A DNA stretch of 64,000 bases. It comes from a phage. The stretch lies in the sequence record OZ346189.1; one strand, written 5' to 3'. Below the pieces are notes generated by a model, which saw only the letters and a list, made by a program, of their open reading frames with translations, made no database searches and was not told where the DNA came from. Shown one piece after another: positions 18,540 to 27,837 of the stretch. A program made the position numbers and the translations under genes. Every line of letters begins with the position of its first letter. Position 1 is the first letter of the stretch.

Positions 18540-18568
18540 TTGACATCTGCCAGGGGGTGGGGTAACAT
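18540..18568 (+). promoter_or_regulatory. sigma70-like promoter (TTGACA-17-TAACAT)
   Basis: hexamers upstream of ORF 18623. Confidence 0.4.
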
Positions 18569-18622
18569 TTATCTTGAAGGGGCAAAGGTGCCCACACAAC
18601 AACCAGAAGAGAGGAAAACACT

Positions 18623-18895
18623 ATGTCAAGCTGGATTAATCAAGAAGTCGAATCACGTTTTAATGCTATTTGGGATCTCATCGAAAAAGAAGACGGCACA
18701 TCAAGCCCCTACCTCAACAATTTGGAATTCCATTTTGTGGAAGCGATGAACGCAGAACATGATCACGAAGGTGGTGCGGACGAGTTCGCTAAAGGGTATG
18801 GCTTCAACAATGCCAACGAAATGATCGAGGCGGTTGTACTCCAGGCTGAGGAAGATTATCAATTAAAAACGCTTGAATTCTGCCGCCGTAAGTAA
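18623..18895 (+). CDS. hypothetical acidic protein
   Basis: ORF with AGAGAGGAAAA RBS. Confidence 0.5.
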   Translation: MSSWINQEVESRFNAIWDLIEKEDGTSSPYLNNLEFHFVEAMNAEHDHEGGADEFAKGYGFNNANEMIEAVVLQAEEDYQLKTLEFCRRK

Positions 18896-18955
18896 TAAGA
18901 TAATGACACGGGCCGGGAGGCCCACTAATCAGAACCACACAAAGAGGTAAACATC

Positions 18956-19219
18956 ATGAAACGTCTTGATCAGCTTAAACTAGTTCAGTACATGGCCTAC
19001 AAAGTTCTTGAAGTCCAAAAAGGTAGCAAAAAAGAGGTTTGCGAGAAAGCATATAAGATCTTTACCCGTAAAAAAGATGATTGGATGTTACGCCAGACCA
19101 AAAAAGCCGATATCCTGGGATACCTGGAAGAAGAGATCCGACTTGAAGAACAAGAAGAGATCCGCCGTAGTGAGGCAGATTATCAGGCAGCTTGGGAAAA
19201 CTGGATGAGCAACAAATAA
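18956..19219 (+). CDS. hypothetical protein
   Basis: ORF with AAAGAGG RBS. Confidence 0.5.
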   Translation: MKRLDQLKLVQYMAYKVLEVQKGSKKEVCEKAYKIFTRKKDDWMLRQTKKADILGYLEEEIRLEEQEEIRRSEADYQAAWENWMSNK

Positions 19220-19285
19220 TACAACAAGTTACATGGTCAGGGGCAATAAAGCCCCTTGATCACATAAAAATTATGCTATCCCTGG

Positions 19286-19314
19286 TTGACAGGGATCGGC
19301 AGTTTTGCTATATT
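19286..19314 (+). promoter_or_regulatory. sigma70-like promoter (TTGACA-17-TATATT)
   Basis: hexamers upstream of ORF 19364. Confidence 0.45.
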
Positions 19315-19363
19315 CTTTTTTGAAGGGAAGTTGTAAGAAAATTAACTAAGAGGTAAAAACACC

Positions 19364-19783
19364 ATGAACATTAAATCTAATAATCCGGCATATAGCTTTG
19401 ATAACGCTTTTTGTCACGGTCCGGCGGCGAAAGGATTCGAAATCGATGGTAAACTAATTATTGTCAATGTTGACGGGGAAGAGGTTGCAGTATATCCGGT
19501 GGCAGACGTAAAAAGCCGTTTACAATGCCGCATGGATGTTACCGCCTATCAGCTTGATCCGGTCCGCATAGTTGCCCTGGTCCTGGAAGAAGAAATTAAA
19601 GCCATGCACCATAGCAACAGATTTATTGGTGACGCGCAGGATAATATGAAAGTATGCCGCCATAAAGTTAATGAAGTGCTTAAAGAGTACGGCTATAAAG
19701 ATCTTATGATCAAACGTGAGGAAAAATTCCGCTACCGTAACGACCTGGCAAATCGGATTTTTGAAATATACGAATCATTATAA
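19364..19783 (+). CDS. hypothetical protein
   Basis: ORF with TAAGAGG RBS. Confidence 0.5.
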   Translation: MNIKSNNPAYSFDNAFCHGPAAKGFEIDGKLIIVNVDGEEVAVYPVADVKSRLQCRMDVTAYQLDPVRIVALVLEEEIKAMHHSNRFIGDAQDNMKVCRHKVNEVLKEYGYKDLMIKREEKFRYRNDLANRIFEIYESL

Positions 19784-19801
19784 TTTTTTAACTGAATTAT
19801 C

Positions 19802-19826
19802 AAGGGGCTTAGGCCCCTTTCTTTTT
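19802..19826 (+). terminator. rho-independent terminator ending the plus-strand block
   Basis: hairpin AAGGGGC-tta-GCCCCTT followed by TTTCTTTTT. Confidence 0.65.
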
Positions 19827-20212
19827 GTCTGCTCTTCCTCCTACCACAAACGGCCCAGCCTGGCAAGTGGAATAATTGACTAGCCATCAATCCCACACAC
19901 TGTACAAATATACATGGAAAATAACTATTGCATAATTTTTCATTGTGTGGTAGCAGGTCCATTTTTACCCGTTTTCTCTCTCAAAATTGCACGTAATGCC
20001 GCTATTGCACAAAATTTAACCTGATGCACATCTTCAATATCTTGTCAACAACTAAAAATCTTTATAAGTCATACACTTACACACTCACAAAAGCGTGTTC
20101 TACGTGAAAAATCGAGTATAACTATAGCCGCCAGATCTCAGAATTTACAAAGGCCATCATTAAAGCTTCAGTAAAATCAGTCATTCCTCACCTCTTGTTA
20201 GTCACTATACTA

Positions 20213-20476
20213 TCATTTATCCTTGTCGTCAAGAACTTTTTTAAATCTTTCAGGGATATCTCCCGTTCTTAGATAGTTCATGACCTCGCAAGGTTCCCAC
20301 TTGAATTTCTTACAGAGCAGGGCGGCTGAGATTGTTTCATTGCGAAAAGAAAGGATATTAATATCCCACTCTGAGAACCCCAACTTCCGAAGGGTAGCTA
20401 CAGAAATCCTCACCGCAACCCAGCAGCAAAAACATGCAACAAACGCCACTGCTACAACCCACATCAGGATGTTCAT
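20213..20476 (-). CDS. hypothetical membrane protein
   Basis: ORF with N-terminal TM segment. Confidence 0.4.
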   Translation of the reverse strand: MNILMWVVAVAFVACFCCWVAVRISVATLRKLGFSEWDINILSFRNETISAALLCKKFKWEPCEVMNYLRTGDIPERFKKVLDDKDK

Positions 20477-20565
20477 ATAAGCACCTTACTGAAATACAAG
20501 ACACAGTGTTAAGGTTACTGACCAGCAAATAATTAACAGTGCCGTTGCAACCTTGGCAAGATTTA

Positions 20566-20853
20566 TCATAGTGCCTCTAAGATTTCATATCCTTCGGGTC
20601 GGAATACAAGCCACTCCGTGGCTCCGTTTGGTCGATACGCTTTATACAGAACAACCTGGTCTCGGCACATGCACATGGCTACATAGTTTTCATCCACACC
20701 TGCAGCCTGCATTGCATCTTCTTCTCCGGCAACTGCTTTGCTTACAACTTCCTTGGTAGGCAGGTGTGCGATCAGCTCGTCACCATCATTAATTCCAAAA
20801 TGGCTGAGTTCGCCGTTGGTATCTTTAATCTTAATCTTAACCAGATCTTTCAT
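20566..20853 (-). CDS. hypothetical small protein (family A-like)
   Basis: ORF in a tandem minus-strand array; C-terminal E-x-x-E-A-L resembles the family A tail. Confidence 0.45.
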   Translation of the reverse strand: MKDLVKIKIKDTNGELSHFGINDGDELIAHLPTKEVVSKAVAGEEDAMQAAGVDENYVAMCMCRDQVVLYKAYRPNGATEWLVFRPEGYEILEAL

Positions 20854-21182
20854 TAGTCTTCCCCCAGGTTCAAAGGTCCTAAGATTTCATATGCCAGATT
20901 AGAAGTTACAAGAGGGTCTTCTGCGTCTTTAGTATTATACCACCCGTGAATAACCAGAGTCCCACTTTGTTTCATGTCCAACTGGAACTCTTCTGCCGTT
21001 TCCTCATCCAGCTCCAAGATTTCCATAAGGTATTTGATGTTAGGGAGGTATGCAGCTGTTACAGTCCCCTCTACCAGACCTTCAGGCCAACCTACATCTG
21101 GATGACAAGTAGGAACCAGATTGGTCAGCTTAATGGTGTACGCTTTTTCTGCACGAGCCTTCAGTAACGGGTCAATCTTCAT
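20853..21182 (-). CDS. hypothetical protein
   Basis: ORF, coupled start/stop. Confidence 0.45.
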   Translation of the reverse strand: MKIDPLLKARAEKAYTIKLTNLVPTCHPDVGWPEGLVEGTVTAAYLPNIKYLMEILELDEETAEEFQLDMKQSGTLVIHGWYNTKDAEDPLVTSNLAYEILGPLNLGED

Positions 21183-21532
21183 TATTCGTCCTCCTCTTCG
21201 GTACCTGCTTCCAGTAATAAGTTAAGAATATCTTCTGCACAAGGCTCATAGAACTCTTGGCCTTCATTATCGATGATTTTGTAGTCATCTCCGCGAATAA
21301 TCAGAGGATCACTCTCAAAATTATCGAGACCTTTAACAACGACAACACGATCGATTGCCATCATTGTAAGAACTTTATCGACATCTTCCTCTGCTACACC
21401 ATACTGCAGCAGAATGTCTTTGGTAGGAGGAACAGCATCCACCACAACACCGTTACCAAAACCTTCCGGTAAGTTAGCTAAAATATCTTCCGGAACCACA
21501 CTAACATCAAAACCAGTAATTTCTACTTTCAT
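21182..21532 (-). CDS. hypothetical acidic protein
   Basis: ORF, coupled. Confidence 0.45.
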   Translation of the reverse strand: MKVEITGFDVSVVPEDILANLPEGFGNGVVVDAVPPTKDILLQYGVAEEDVDKVLTMMAIDRVVVVKGLDNFESDPLIIRGDDYKIIDNEGQEFYEPCAEDILNLLLEAGTEEEDE

Positions 21533-21793
21533 TTACAGCACCTCTTCGTCAACTACTTCATAAAAATGGCCTGGGATTGCAATAGCGTTCTCACCTTCAC
21601 CTACAAACACAGTTCCGTCAAGAATCAACATCATAAGAGTTTCTGGAATATCCTCTTCCTGAACGTTGCCAAAACCTTTAATCAGCTCGTAGGTTGGAAG
21701 ATTTACCTCTAAGATGTCACCATCTTTAGAGCGGAAATCAACACCATCCTGAATCTCTGCCATTTCAAGGTTTTTCAGTTTAATCTTCATCAA
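21533..21793 (-). CDS. hypothetical small protein (family A-like)
   Basis: MMKIKLKNL... ends EVVDEEVL. Confidence 0.45.
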   Translation of the reverse strand: MMKIKLKNLEMAEIQDGVDFRSKDGDILEVNLPTYELIKGFGNVQEEDIPETLMMLILDGTVFVGEGENAIAIPGHFYEVVDEEVL

Positions 21794-21869
21794 TCAGTCT
21801 CCCGTCTTGTTAAGATGAAGGTATTATTTCACACAGGGTTGGCGTTGTCAACACCTGTGTGCAAGAAAA

Positions 21870-22265
21870 TTACTGAAACAGTGCGGATAAATTACCTTCT
21901 GGTGGGAACTTATCTGCCAAAAACGGTGTTAGCACAGTAGCCTTCTGAAGATCTGGGGTCCACTCGTTGTTCAGAACATCCCAGTAGTACGCAATGTTGC
22001 TGTGTGGGTGCCGCATTACGAACTTTTTCCCTTCGTAGTCATCTGAAACCTCTACAGAAGAAATAACAACAGAATCTTCAAGGGTTTCTTCATAGAAAGA
22101 TCCACCTTCAAATTTCCAACGAGATGCAAGAGCTCCTGCCTTGAACGCTGCAGATAACGGACTGTCTGCAAGAACATACATTTCTTGCACTCTGTCGCTG
22201 CGATCTTTGCTTCTTACGTTGTATACAGTATCTGAGCTATACTCAACACGGTATAGGCTTACCAT
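21870..22265 (-). CDS. hypothetical protein, paralog family B
   Basis: shares the HP-x-S...YW....W-TP motif with 24072..24470. Confidence 0.5.
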   Translation of the reverse strand: MVSLYRVEYSSDTVYNVRSKDRSDRVQEMYVLADSPLSAAFKAGALASRWKFEGGSFYEETLEDSVVISSVEVSDDYEGKKFVMRHPHSNIAYYWDVLNNEWTPDLQKATVLTPFLADKFPPEGNLSALFQ

Positions 22266-22597
22266 TACCGCACCTCCTCAATAACTTCCACATCTGAGCC
22301 CACCACAAATGCAAAAGGACAGGTTTCATGAAAGACATCCGGATCGCCGCCAAGCTTGCTAACAATCTCTCCACCACTAATAAACACAAGCTCACCGATA
22401 TTCATCAGATTGCTGAAATAGTACCCATAATGATTAAAGAATGCAGCAGGGTCAGGTAGACTAGTAGCCTCAAGCACTACATCAGTTGAGGTTACTTTCT
22501 TATCATAACCTCTCGCCTTTTGAGATGCAAGATCTGCAGAATCCTCAGGCGACCGGAGATGCACAGGAATTGTTTCACCAATAAAGCGTACTTTCAT
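22265..22597 (-). CDS. hypothetical small protein (family A-like)
   Basis: internal start MKVRFIG at 22597 (track ORF 22265..22624); ends DVEVIEEVR. Confidence 0.45.
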   Translation of the reverse strand: MKVRFIGETIPVHLRSPEDSADLASQKARGYDKKVTSTDVVLEATSLPDPAAFFNHYGYYFSNLMNIGELVFISGGEIVSKLGGDPDVFHETCPFAFVVGSDVEVIEEVR

Positions 22598-22601
22598 ATT
22601 A

Positions 22602-22865
22602 TCACCCAACAACCATAGCTTCAAAAGGGGTCATGAACGAATAAACGGCATCATCATCTGCTTCAGGGAATGCTCCCAAAGACTTCATGTCTGAGCCCTT
22701 GACAAATACAAGGTTTTGATCAAAAGCTTCTTGAGGATCAATCCGATACATATTTCGTAGAATATCGCCTACCTCCTCATCAAGAGGTGAGTATGCTGTG
22801 CACGTTTTTCCGATCAAGCTTTGAGAATCAGGGTATCCACCTGAAGTTTTAAAATAAACAATCAT
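22602..22865 (-). CDS. hypothetical protein
   Basis: ORF. Confidence 0.45.
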   Translation of the reverse strand: MIVYFKTSGGYPDSQSLIGKTCTAYSPLDEEVGDILRNMYRIDPQEAFDQNLVFVKGSDMKSLGAFPEADDDAVYSFMTPFEAMVVG

Positions 22866-22956
22866 ATAGTATCACCTCTGGTAAGAGATTGGGATTCCTT
22901 TCCCACAAATAATTACAAACCTTCCTTATCGAGGAAGTATGCTAATCCAAGCAGGA

Positions 22957-23226
22957 TTATTCCTCTACAATCTCATACACATCCGGAGTTACAATCAACT
23001 CTTCTCCGTTACCCGGTGCAACAAACACCACCATGCCTTCAGGTGTGTGCTTTTTAGCCATCTCGATAACATCTTCTCGCAGAGCTGGCTCCATCAGATC
23101 AAAACCTTCACCCAGGGCATCACGAACCACCTTCATATAGTCAACTGGTTGTGCTTCGACAATCATACCTTCAACCAGTCCACAGTTTTTGTCTGCCAGC
23201 TCAGTTTTGAATAATTTAATTTTCAT
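22957..23226 (-). CDS. hypothetical small protein (family A-like)
   Basis: MKIKLFK... ends YEIVEE. Confidence 0.45.
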   Translation of the reverse strand: MKIKLFKTELADKNCGLVEGMIVEAQPVDYMKVVRDALGEGFDLMEPALREDVIEMAKKHTPEGMVVFVAPGNGEELIVTPDVYEIVEE

Positions 23227-23363
23227 TTAGAGGTCTCCTCAATTATTTGATATTAATAGCCGTAACCTAACACATTAACTACAACTGCGATTGCAAACAT
23301 AATTTCAAAGCATGCAATCTCTACATTTGGAACTAATTTCTTGATCACACCCATTGTAGCACC

Positions 23364-23681
23364 TCATTCTCTAAAGTCAATCTTTACTTTGCCTTTCCCC
23401 TTACCTTTCTTTCCACCGCATTTAGCCAGTTGACGTGCTGCAACATCTACCATACGGTCAGTTGCCTCGTAAGCATCACTGCCTTTAGCTTTGGCAATAA
23501 CTTCTTTTCCAGAATTGTCAAAAATGAACGCCATAACTTCCTGGTGATCATTTTCAACTTTTACACTCACACGTGCATAGTTGGCAGAGGGATGCAAACG
23601 CTCCAGCTTAGACATTTTGTGGGAAATGAAAGACACCATACCTTCAGTGATTTCTACGTTGCCAGTGATTTCAATTTGCAT
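23364..23681 (-). CDS. hpf: ribosome hibernation promoting factor (HPF/RaiA/YfiA family) homolog
   Basis: MQIEITGNVEITEGM...KLE...VKVE...G.D.Y.A.D...ARQL aligns along its length with E. coli HPF (MQLNITGNNVEITEA...). Confidence 0.75.
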   Translation of the reverse strand: MQIEITGNVEITEGMVSFISHKMSKLERLHPSANYARVSVKVENDHQEVMAFIFDNSGKEVIAKAKGSDAYEATDRMVDVAARQLAKCGGKKGKGKGKVKIDFRE

Positions 23682-23763
23682 AACGTGTTCCTTTTAAAGA
23701 AGAGGGAACCAAACCCTCTTTGAAAACAATGATACTAAATCTGAAGCGTTGTGTCAACAGTTT

Positions 23764-24054
23764 TTACAGATTGTTGTCGATAGTTTTTAAAATATCCACA
23801 GCAAGATCTGCCATTTTTCGAACATACTCTGCAAACTCAACAGGATCCTTGATCAAAGAATTCACAGGGTCGTACCCTAGAGCGTTCAAAATGGCTGCAG
23901 CATCTACAACCTTCTCATCATTTGCGAAGATCTCTCCATCAAACTTGTAGGTCCATTTTGAGTCAATCTTGGCAGGGAATGATTGGTCAACGCTTGTTAC
24001 ACCATCCTTTTTAAACGCTCCGGTGTTATCAGTGTCTAGAACTAAATCCATCAT
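23764..24054 (-). CDS. hypothetical protein
   Basis: ORF. Confidence 0.45.
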   Translation of the reverse strand: MMDLVLDTDNTGAFKKDGVTSVDQSFPAKIDSKWTYKFDGEIFANDEKVVDAAAILNALGYDPVNSLIKDPVEFAEYVRKMADLAVDILKTIDNNL

Positions 24055-24071
24055 GTTAGTACCTCACCGTT

Positions 24072-24470
24072 TCAGTTTAGCTTTTCTTCAACAACCCCAT
24101 AGCTCGGGACAGAGTCAAGAGCTTTCTGGTTTAAAAGTGGTGTAGCAGAATCTGCAAACGGTGTCCAAGTTTTTGTTCTGGCATTCCAGTAATGCTTCAC
24201 TCTGGAATCTGGATGCACTATAACAAAAACTTTTTCACTTGTCAACACATTAATTTCTTCTACACCCTTGCTGATAATTTCTCCGTCATAGCCACCAGTC
24301 TGGTATCCTTCGTACCAGGTTCTTGCATATGCATAGCCAGCCTGCCAGCATGCAGCCTCCTCCGAGGTGGAGACTACGTAGAAGTCTTTCTCAAATTCTG
24401 GGATACGCCCTTGCTTTACGCTCCAAGCTCCGCGAATTTTCATTGTAACTTTGAACAGTTTATTTTTCAC
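24072..24470 (-). CDS. hypothetical protein, paralog family B
   Basis: VIVHPDSRVKHYWNARTKTWTP matches VMRHPHSNIAYYWDVLNNEWTP of 21870..22265. Confidence 0.5.
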   Translation of the reverse strand: MKNKLFKVTMKIRGAWSVKQGRIPEFEKDFYVVSTSEEAACWQAGYAYARTWYEGYQTGGYDGEIISKGVEEINVLTSEKVFVIVHPDSRVKHYWNARTKTWTPFADSATPLLNQKALDSVPSYGVVEEKLN

Positions 24471-24482
24471 AACGGTTACCCA

Positions 24483-24737
24483 TCACAGCTCTACAATCTC
24501 TGCATCTGACCCTGCCCCAAAGGCATAATAGGATTCTTCCCCGAAATAATATTCCGGTGCACCAGCAGCGATCAGGTCTGATCCCAAGATAAACACCACG
24601 TTGTGGCCTACATAACTGTGATGTTGCCGCACAGGATCATCCCACGGCAACCCTTCAAAGTATACCGCAGGAACGACCTTTCCCTTCAGGAAGGATTGTC
24701 CCAAGTAGACGTTAGAATCAAGAATTTTAACCTTCAT
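24483..24737 (-). CDS. hypothetical small protein, paralog family A
   Basis: MKVKILDSNVYLGQ...DLIAAGA...EIVEL; close paralog of 24727..24954. Confidence 0.5.
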   Translation of the reverse strand: MKVKILDSNVYLGQSFLKGKVVPAVYFEGLPWDDPVRQHHSYVGHNVVFILGSDLIAAGAPEYYFGEESYYAFGAGSDAEIVEL

Positions 24738-24954
24738 TCTCGTCCTCCACTATCTCTACATCCTCACCAAGGGCAAAGTTGTAGGTCCACTGGCTGTCAA
24801 AGCAGTCCTGAGATGCACCAGCGGAAATAAGATCTGCACCTTTTATTTTTAAAAGGTCAGGATAATCTTCGTTAGGGATAGCGGTAAACACTTTCCCCAC
24901 TAAGGGCTCCTGACCAATATAGAAGCTTGAATCTAAAACTTTAACTTTCATCAA
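24727..24954 (-). CDS. hypothetical small protein, paralog family A
   Basis: MMKVKVLDSSFYIGQ...DLISAGA...EIVEDENEG. Confidence 0.5.
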   Translation of the reverse strand: MMKVKVLDSSFYIGQEPLVGKVFTAIPNEDYPDLLKIKGADLISAGASQDCFDSQWTYNFALGEDVEIVEDENEG

Positions 24955-25238
24955 CGGTCTCCCTCAGGCGGTTGTGGGACGTAAACACTGTTACGAATAT
25001 CGTCAGCAGTGTAGTAATAAGTGGTTCCAACCCTATCTCGGGCTGCAATGTACTCTGCTATACCAATAAGTGCCATTGATTTGGTGGCGTATCTTCCCCA
25101 CTCGTTAGCTCCCCAGTAGAATTTAGACCAGTAGGGAATAATACCGAACAAATATACCTTTTGACGAACTTCCCAGTAAGTGCCTTTTCCGACAAGTTTA
25201 AACTCTACTTCACTACTGTTAATCTTTTTCATTATCAA
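24951..25238 (-). CDS. hypothetical protein
   Basis: ORF, coupled. Confidence 0.45.
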   Translation of the reverse strand: MIMKKINSSEVEFKLVGKGTYWEVRQKVYLFGIIPYWSKFYWGANEWGRYATKSMALIGIAEYIAARDRVGTTYYYTADDIRNSVYVPQPPEGDR

Positions 25239-25531
25239 TCTCCCTCTACCGTGGTCGGATTGTCAGTAAGAAATTGAGCATTGGCTGGAGGCACGCCTGA
25301 CATTTTCCACACAACCATAAGTTTGTAACCAGGAACTCTATTAAGTGCAGATCGAGTAGAGTTTGTGCACGTATACTTTCGCTTTCCAAACCCGTTCTCC
25401 ATCATAATCCAGTACCCAGTATCTTTGTCACCAGGTATCGGTAGACCACCTTCATCAACCCACTGAATGGACCACGGCACGATGGCTACAGCTTTATATT
25501 TAAACTTTTTAAACCACTCAAAAAGTTTCAT
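25235..25531 (-). CDS. hypothetical protein
   Basis: ORF, coupled. Confidence 0.45.
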   Translation of the reverse strand: MKLFEWFKKFKYKAVAIVPWSIQWVDEGGLPIPGDKDTGYWIMMENGFGKRKYTCTNSTRSALNRVPGYKLMVVWKMSGVPPANAQFLTDNPTTVEGD

Positions 25532-25626
25532 AATTCAGCCTCGCATAGACATAATCACTATAAACAGGCAAACAATGAATCCGAATGCCACGCCACCCAT
25601 AAACGTTAATATTGATGCAATCATAG

Positions 25627-25812
25627 TCAATCAGCCTCGCTTGGCAACTCTTCTACCTTAACATGCCGAAAAGTGTTACCGTAATGGTTGATCCATGACA
25701 TCAGCTCGCTTTCTTGCTCTTCCTCTGGGATGAACTCTCGAATGCTGACAAGTTTTAAGAAAACCCAATCACAATCTGCACCCATTCTACCAGACAGGCA
25801 ATAGTGCTTCAT
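25627..25812 (-). CDS. hypothetical protein
   Basis: ORF. Confidence 0.4.
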   Translation of the reverse strand: MKHYCLSGRMGADCDWVFLKLVSIREFIPEEEQESELMSWINHYGNTFRHVKVEELPSEAD

Positions 25813-25830
25813 AAAACCCCCCCACCTGGT

Positions 25831-26025
25831 TTAGAATATTGCTTCTTCCATTGCACCTGAGAGCAACAAAGAGGTGATCTGGCTAACATTCATCTCAGAC
25901 TCTACTTCCTCCCCTTTGAAAGGTTCGCGGCAGAATAGGACTGTTTCAGGACTTTTACTTCGAACAATATAATACAAATCATTCAATGTGTTGTAGTAAT
26001 AAGTGTTAAAACGTAAGTTTTTCAT
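25831..26025 (-). CDS. hypothetical protein
   Basis: ORF. Confidence 0.4.
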   Translation of the reverse strand: MKNLRFNTYYYNTLNDLYYIVRSKSPETVLFCREPFKGEEVESEMNVSQITSLLLSGAMEEAIF

Positions 26026-26309
26026 TTTCTAGTCCCCTTCTTAGATTTTTGTGTAGAAACGCTTTCTGCAATACGAGACAAACGTTCTTCTGAAGCCTTG
26101 CCTATTCCAGGTTTTTTGAGTGGGTTATCTTTATGACCACAATCCAATTGGATATTGGATACCTCTCCAACCTTGTAAGTCAATTCTAGCAAAAGGTTGT
26201 CGTCCTTGTCAAATGTTCTTACGATAAATTTTTTATCGTTCTCCTGAACTTCGTATCGGGTACCCGCAGTATACAACATGGTGCCATCCGCATAGGATAT
26301 CCAGATCAT
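26022..26309 (-). CDS. hypothetical protein
   Basis: ORF, coupled. Confidence 0.45.
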   Translation of the reverse strand: MIWISYADGTMLYTAGTRYEVQENDKKFIVRTFDKDDNLLLELTYKVGEVSNIQLDCGHKDNPLKKPGIGKASEERLSRIAESVSTQKSKKGTRK

Positions 26310-26653
26310 TGAACCTCCTTCTGCTGCAACAGCATTAACTCTTTGTTGGAGATTTTTACTGCTGTTTTTATTGTTCCATCTTCACGAAACCACGACCAGA
26401 ACTCTACAGTGTCCCCACTGTCAAGCAAAGCATACCCGTGGTAGAAGTCTTTGTCCTTAGACAGTTTCTCATCTATGTCTGCATCGACACATTCGTGATC
26501 CATAGCATTTTGCCTGAATGCATCGGTTATACCAATGCACGCCTTGCTCTCAAGACTGGTATATCCGATATCTTTTAATTCAGTTTCCCAAGTCCAGTAC
26601 CCTATAAAAGCTAAAACAGCTACCCACATTAATAACGTTTTAATCTTTGGCAT
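26306..26653 (-). CDS. hypothetical protein with N-terminal signal/TM segment
   Basis: ORF; hydrophobic N-terminus. Confidence 0.45.
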   Translation of the reverse strand: MPKIKTLLMWVAVLAFIGYWTWETELKDIGYTSLESKACIGITDAFRQNAMDHECVDADIDEKLSKDKDFYHGYALLDSGDTVEFWSWFREDGTIKTAVKISNKELMLLQQKEVQ

Positions 26654-26715
26654 TCTCTCTACCTCTTTCTTAGTTTATTTCACTATGGCACATCCTTTGT
26701 GCCATATCTCAACCA

Positions 26716-27177
26716 CTACTTAAATAGTAGTCCAAAATAGTGCAAAATTAACAGAAGTTGAACTACACCTAGTGCAACGGCGAGTATGTTAATCTTAGAA
26801 TCGAAAAACTTCTTAACTTTTACTCTAAAAGGTTCCTTAATGTCCTTTACGATCCTATTTATAGATGATTTCATATCCCTGATTACCATCCTAAACATTA
26901 GAGACGGATCTTCCTTCTCTGTAATAGAATCGAAAACATACTCTCTTCGGTCATAAGGACCTCCAGATCTGCGTATTAACCTCTCCACAGAGACCTCGTA
27001 CGACACACCTGTAACGTAATCATCTATGATAAGTAGTGACGGGTCTTTATCGTCCAAGGGTATTAAAGTTATCTTTCCAGATTTTGTTAAAATTTCTCCT
27101 TTTTCAAGCAAGGTGTACCAATGCTCTCTACCAAGATTGTTGAGGCACGTTTTTACATATTTAACAAACATCGTCAC
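26716..27177 (-). CDS. hypothetical protein with C-terminal TM helix
   Basis: ORF. Confidence 0.45.
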   Translation of the reverse strand: MTMFVKYVKTCLNNLGREHWYTLLEKGEILTKSGKITLIPLDDKDPSLLIIDDYVTGVSYEVSVERLIRRSGGPYDRREYVFDSITEKEDPSLMFRMVIRDMKSSINRIVKDIKEPFRVKVKKFFDSKINILAVALGVVQLLLILHYFGLLFK

Positions 27178-27359
27178 CCCTCATAGCACGTCTGATATAA
27201 CCACTCTATGAAATCTTGATACCATTCGCCCTCTGAGCGCTCCGTAGGCCAATAATCTTCACCCTCTCGTGCATTAAAATCTGAGTATTCAACTTTCCAC
27301 TCCTTTACCAGCTCGTGGAGAAGGTTTTCAGCCTGCTCTAAAGATTTATTTTTTGCCAT
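27174..27359 (-). CDS. hypothetical protein
   Basis: internal start MAKNK at 27359 after AAAAGGAGACAGC RBS. Confidence 0.4.
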   Translation of the reverse strand: MAKNKSLEQAENLLHELVKEWKVEYSDFNAREGEDYWPTERSEGEWYQDFIEWLYQTCYEG

Positions 27360-27578
27360 TGCTGTCTCCTTTTTCAAGATAGTTATACATCAGAACTGCA
27401 CCACCTAAGATGGCTACCAGTAACAATATCCCAGATAGCATCTCAATAAACATGGCTTGAAACACTGGAAGGTCTCCCTAAATTAACGCACCATTTTAAA
27501 TACATGCTCTTTTCCCATAAAGGTGCCTGGCTAAGATCTGCGTAGAACGCAATCTCTTTAAGAACAGTATAGATAGTT

Positions 27579-27806
27579 TTAGGTGCGGTCTCCATCCCTA
27601 CTCTCCTTCCTGATATTCTTGTAGTAATCAACTAGGCACATTATTACGATGAAGATAACAACAGGCCAAAAAGGTGCAGCAGTGATGATGGTGATAAAAT
27701 CATCAAACTTCACCCTTCGTCTGGACACGATGCATACACCTGTCAAGAATACCGCTGTTATAACGGACATTACCAGGTAACCTATTAGCACAACATTTAT
27801 ACTCAT
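27579..27806 (-). CDS. hypothetical membrane protein
   Basis: start MSINVV at 27806 after AAAGGGGAGGA RBS; two TM helices. Confidence 0.4.
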   Translation of the reverse strand: MSINVVLIGYLVMSVITAVFLTGVCIVSRRRVKFDDFITIITAAPFWPVVIFIVIMCLVDYYKNIRKESRDGDRT

Positions 27807-27837
27807 TGGTCCTCCCCTTTGTAGGTTAAATTGTATA

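Noticed and set aside
18044-18568. 174-aa minus-strand ORF
   Set aside because: It runs antisense to a well-supported plus-strand gene (18093..18404) in an otherwise all-plus block, and its N-terminus is simply the translation of the inverted R1 repeat (TGRPGDCLP appears in both repeat translations).
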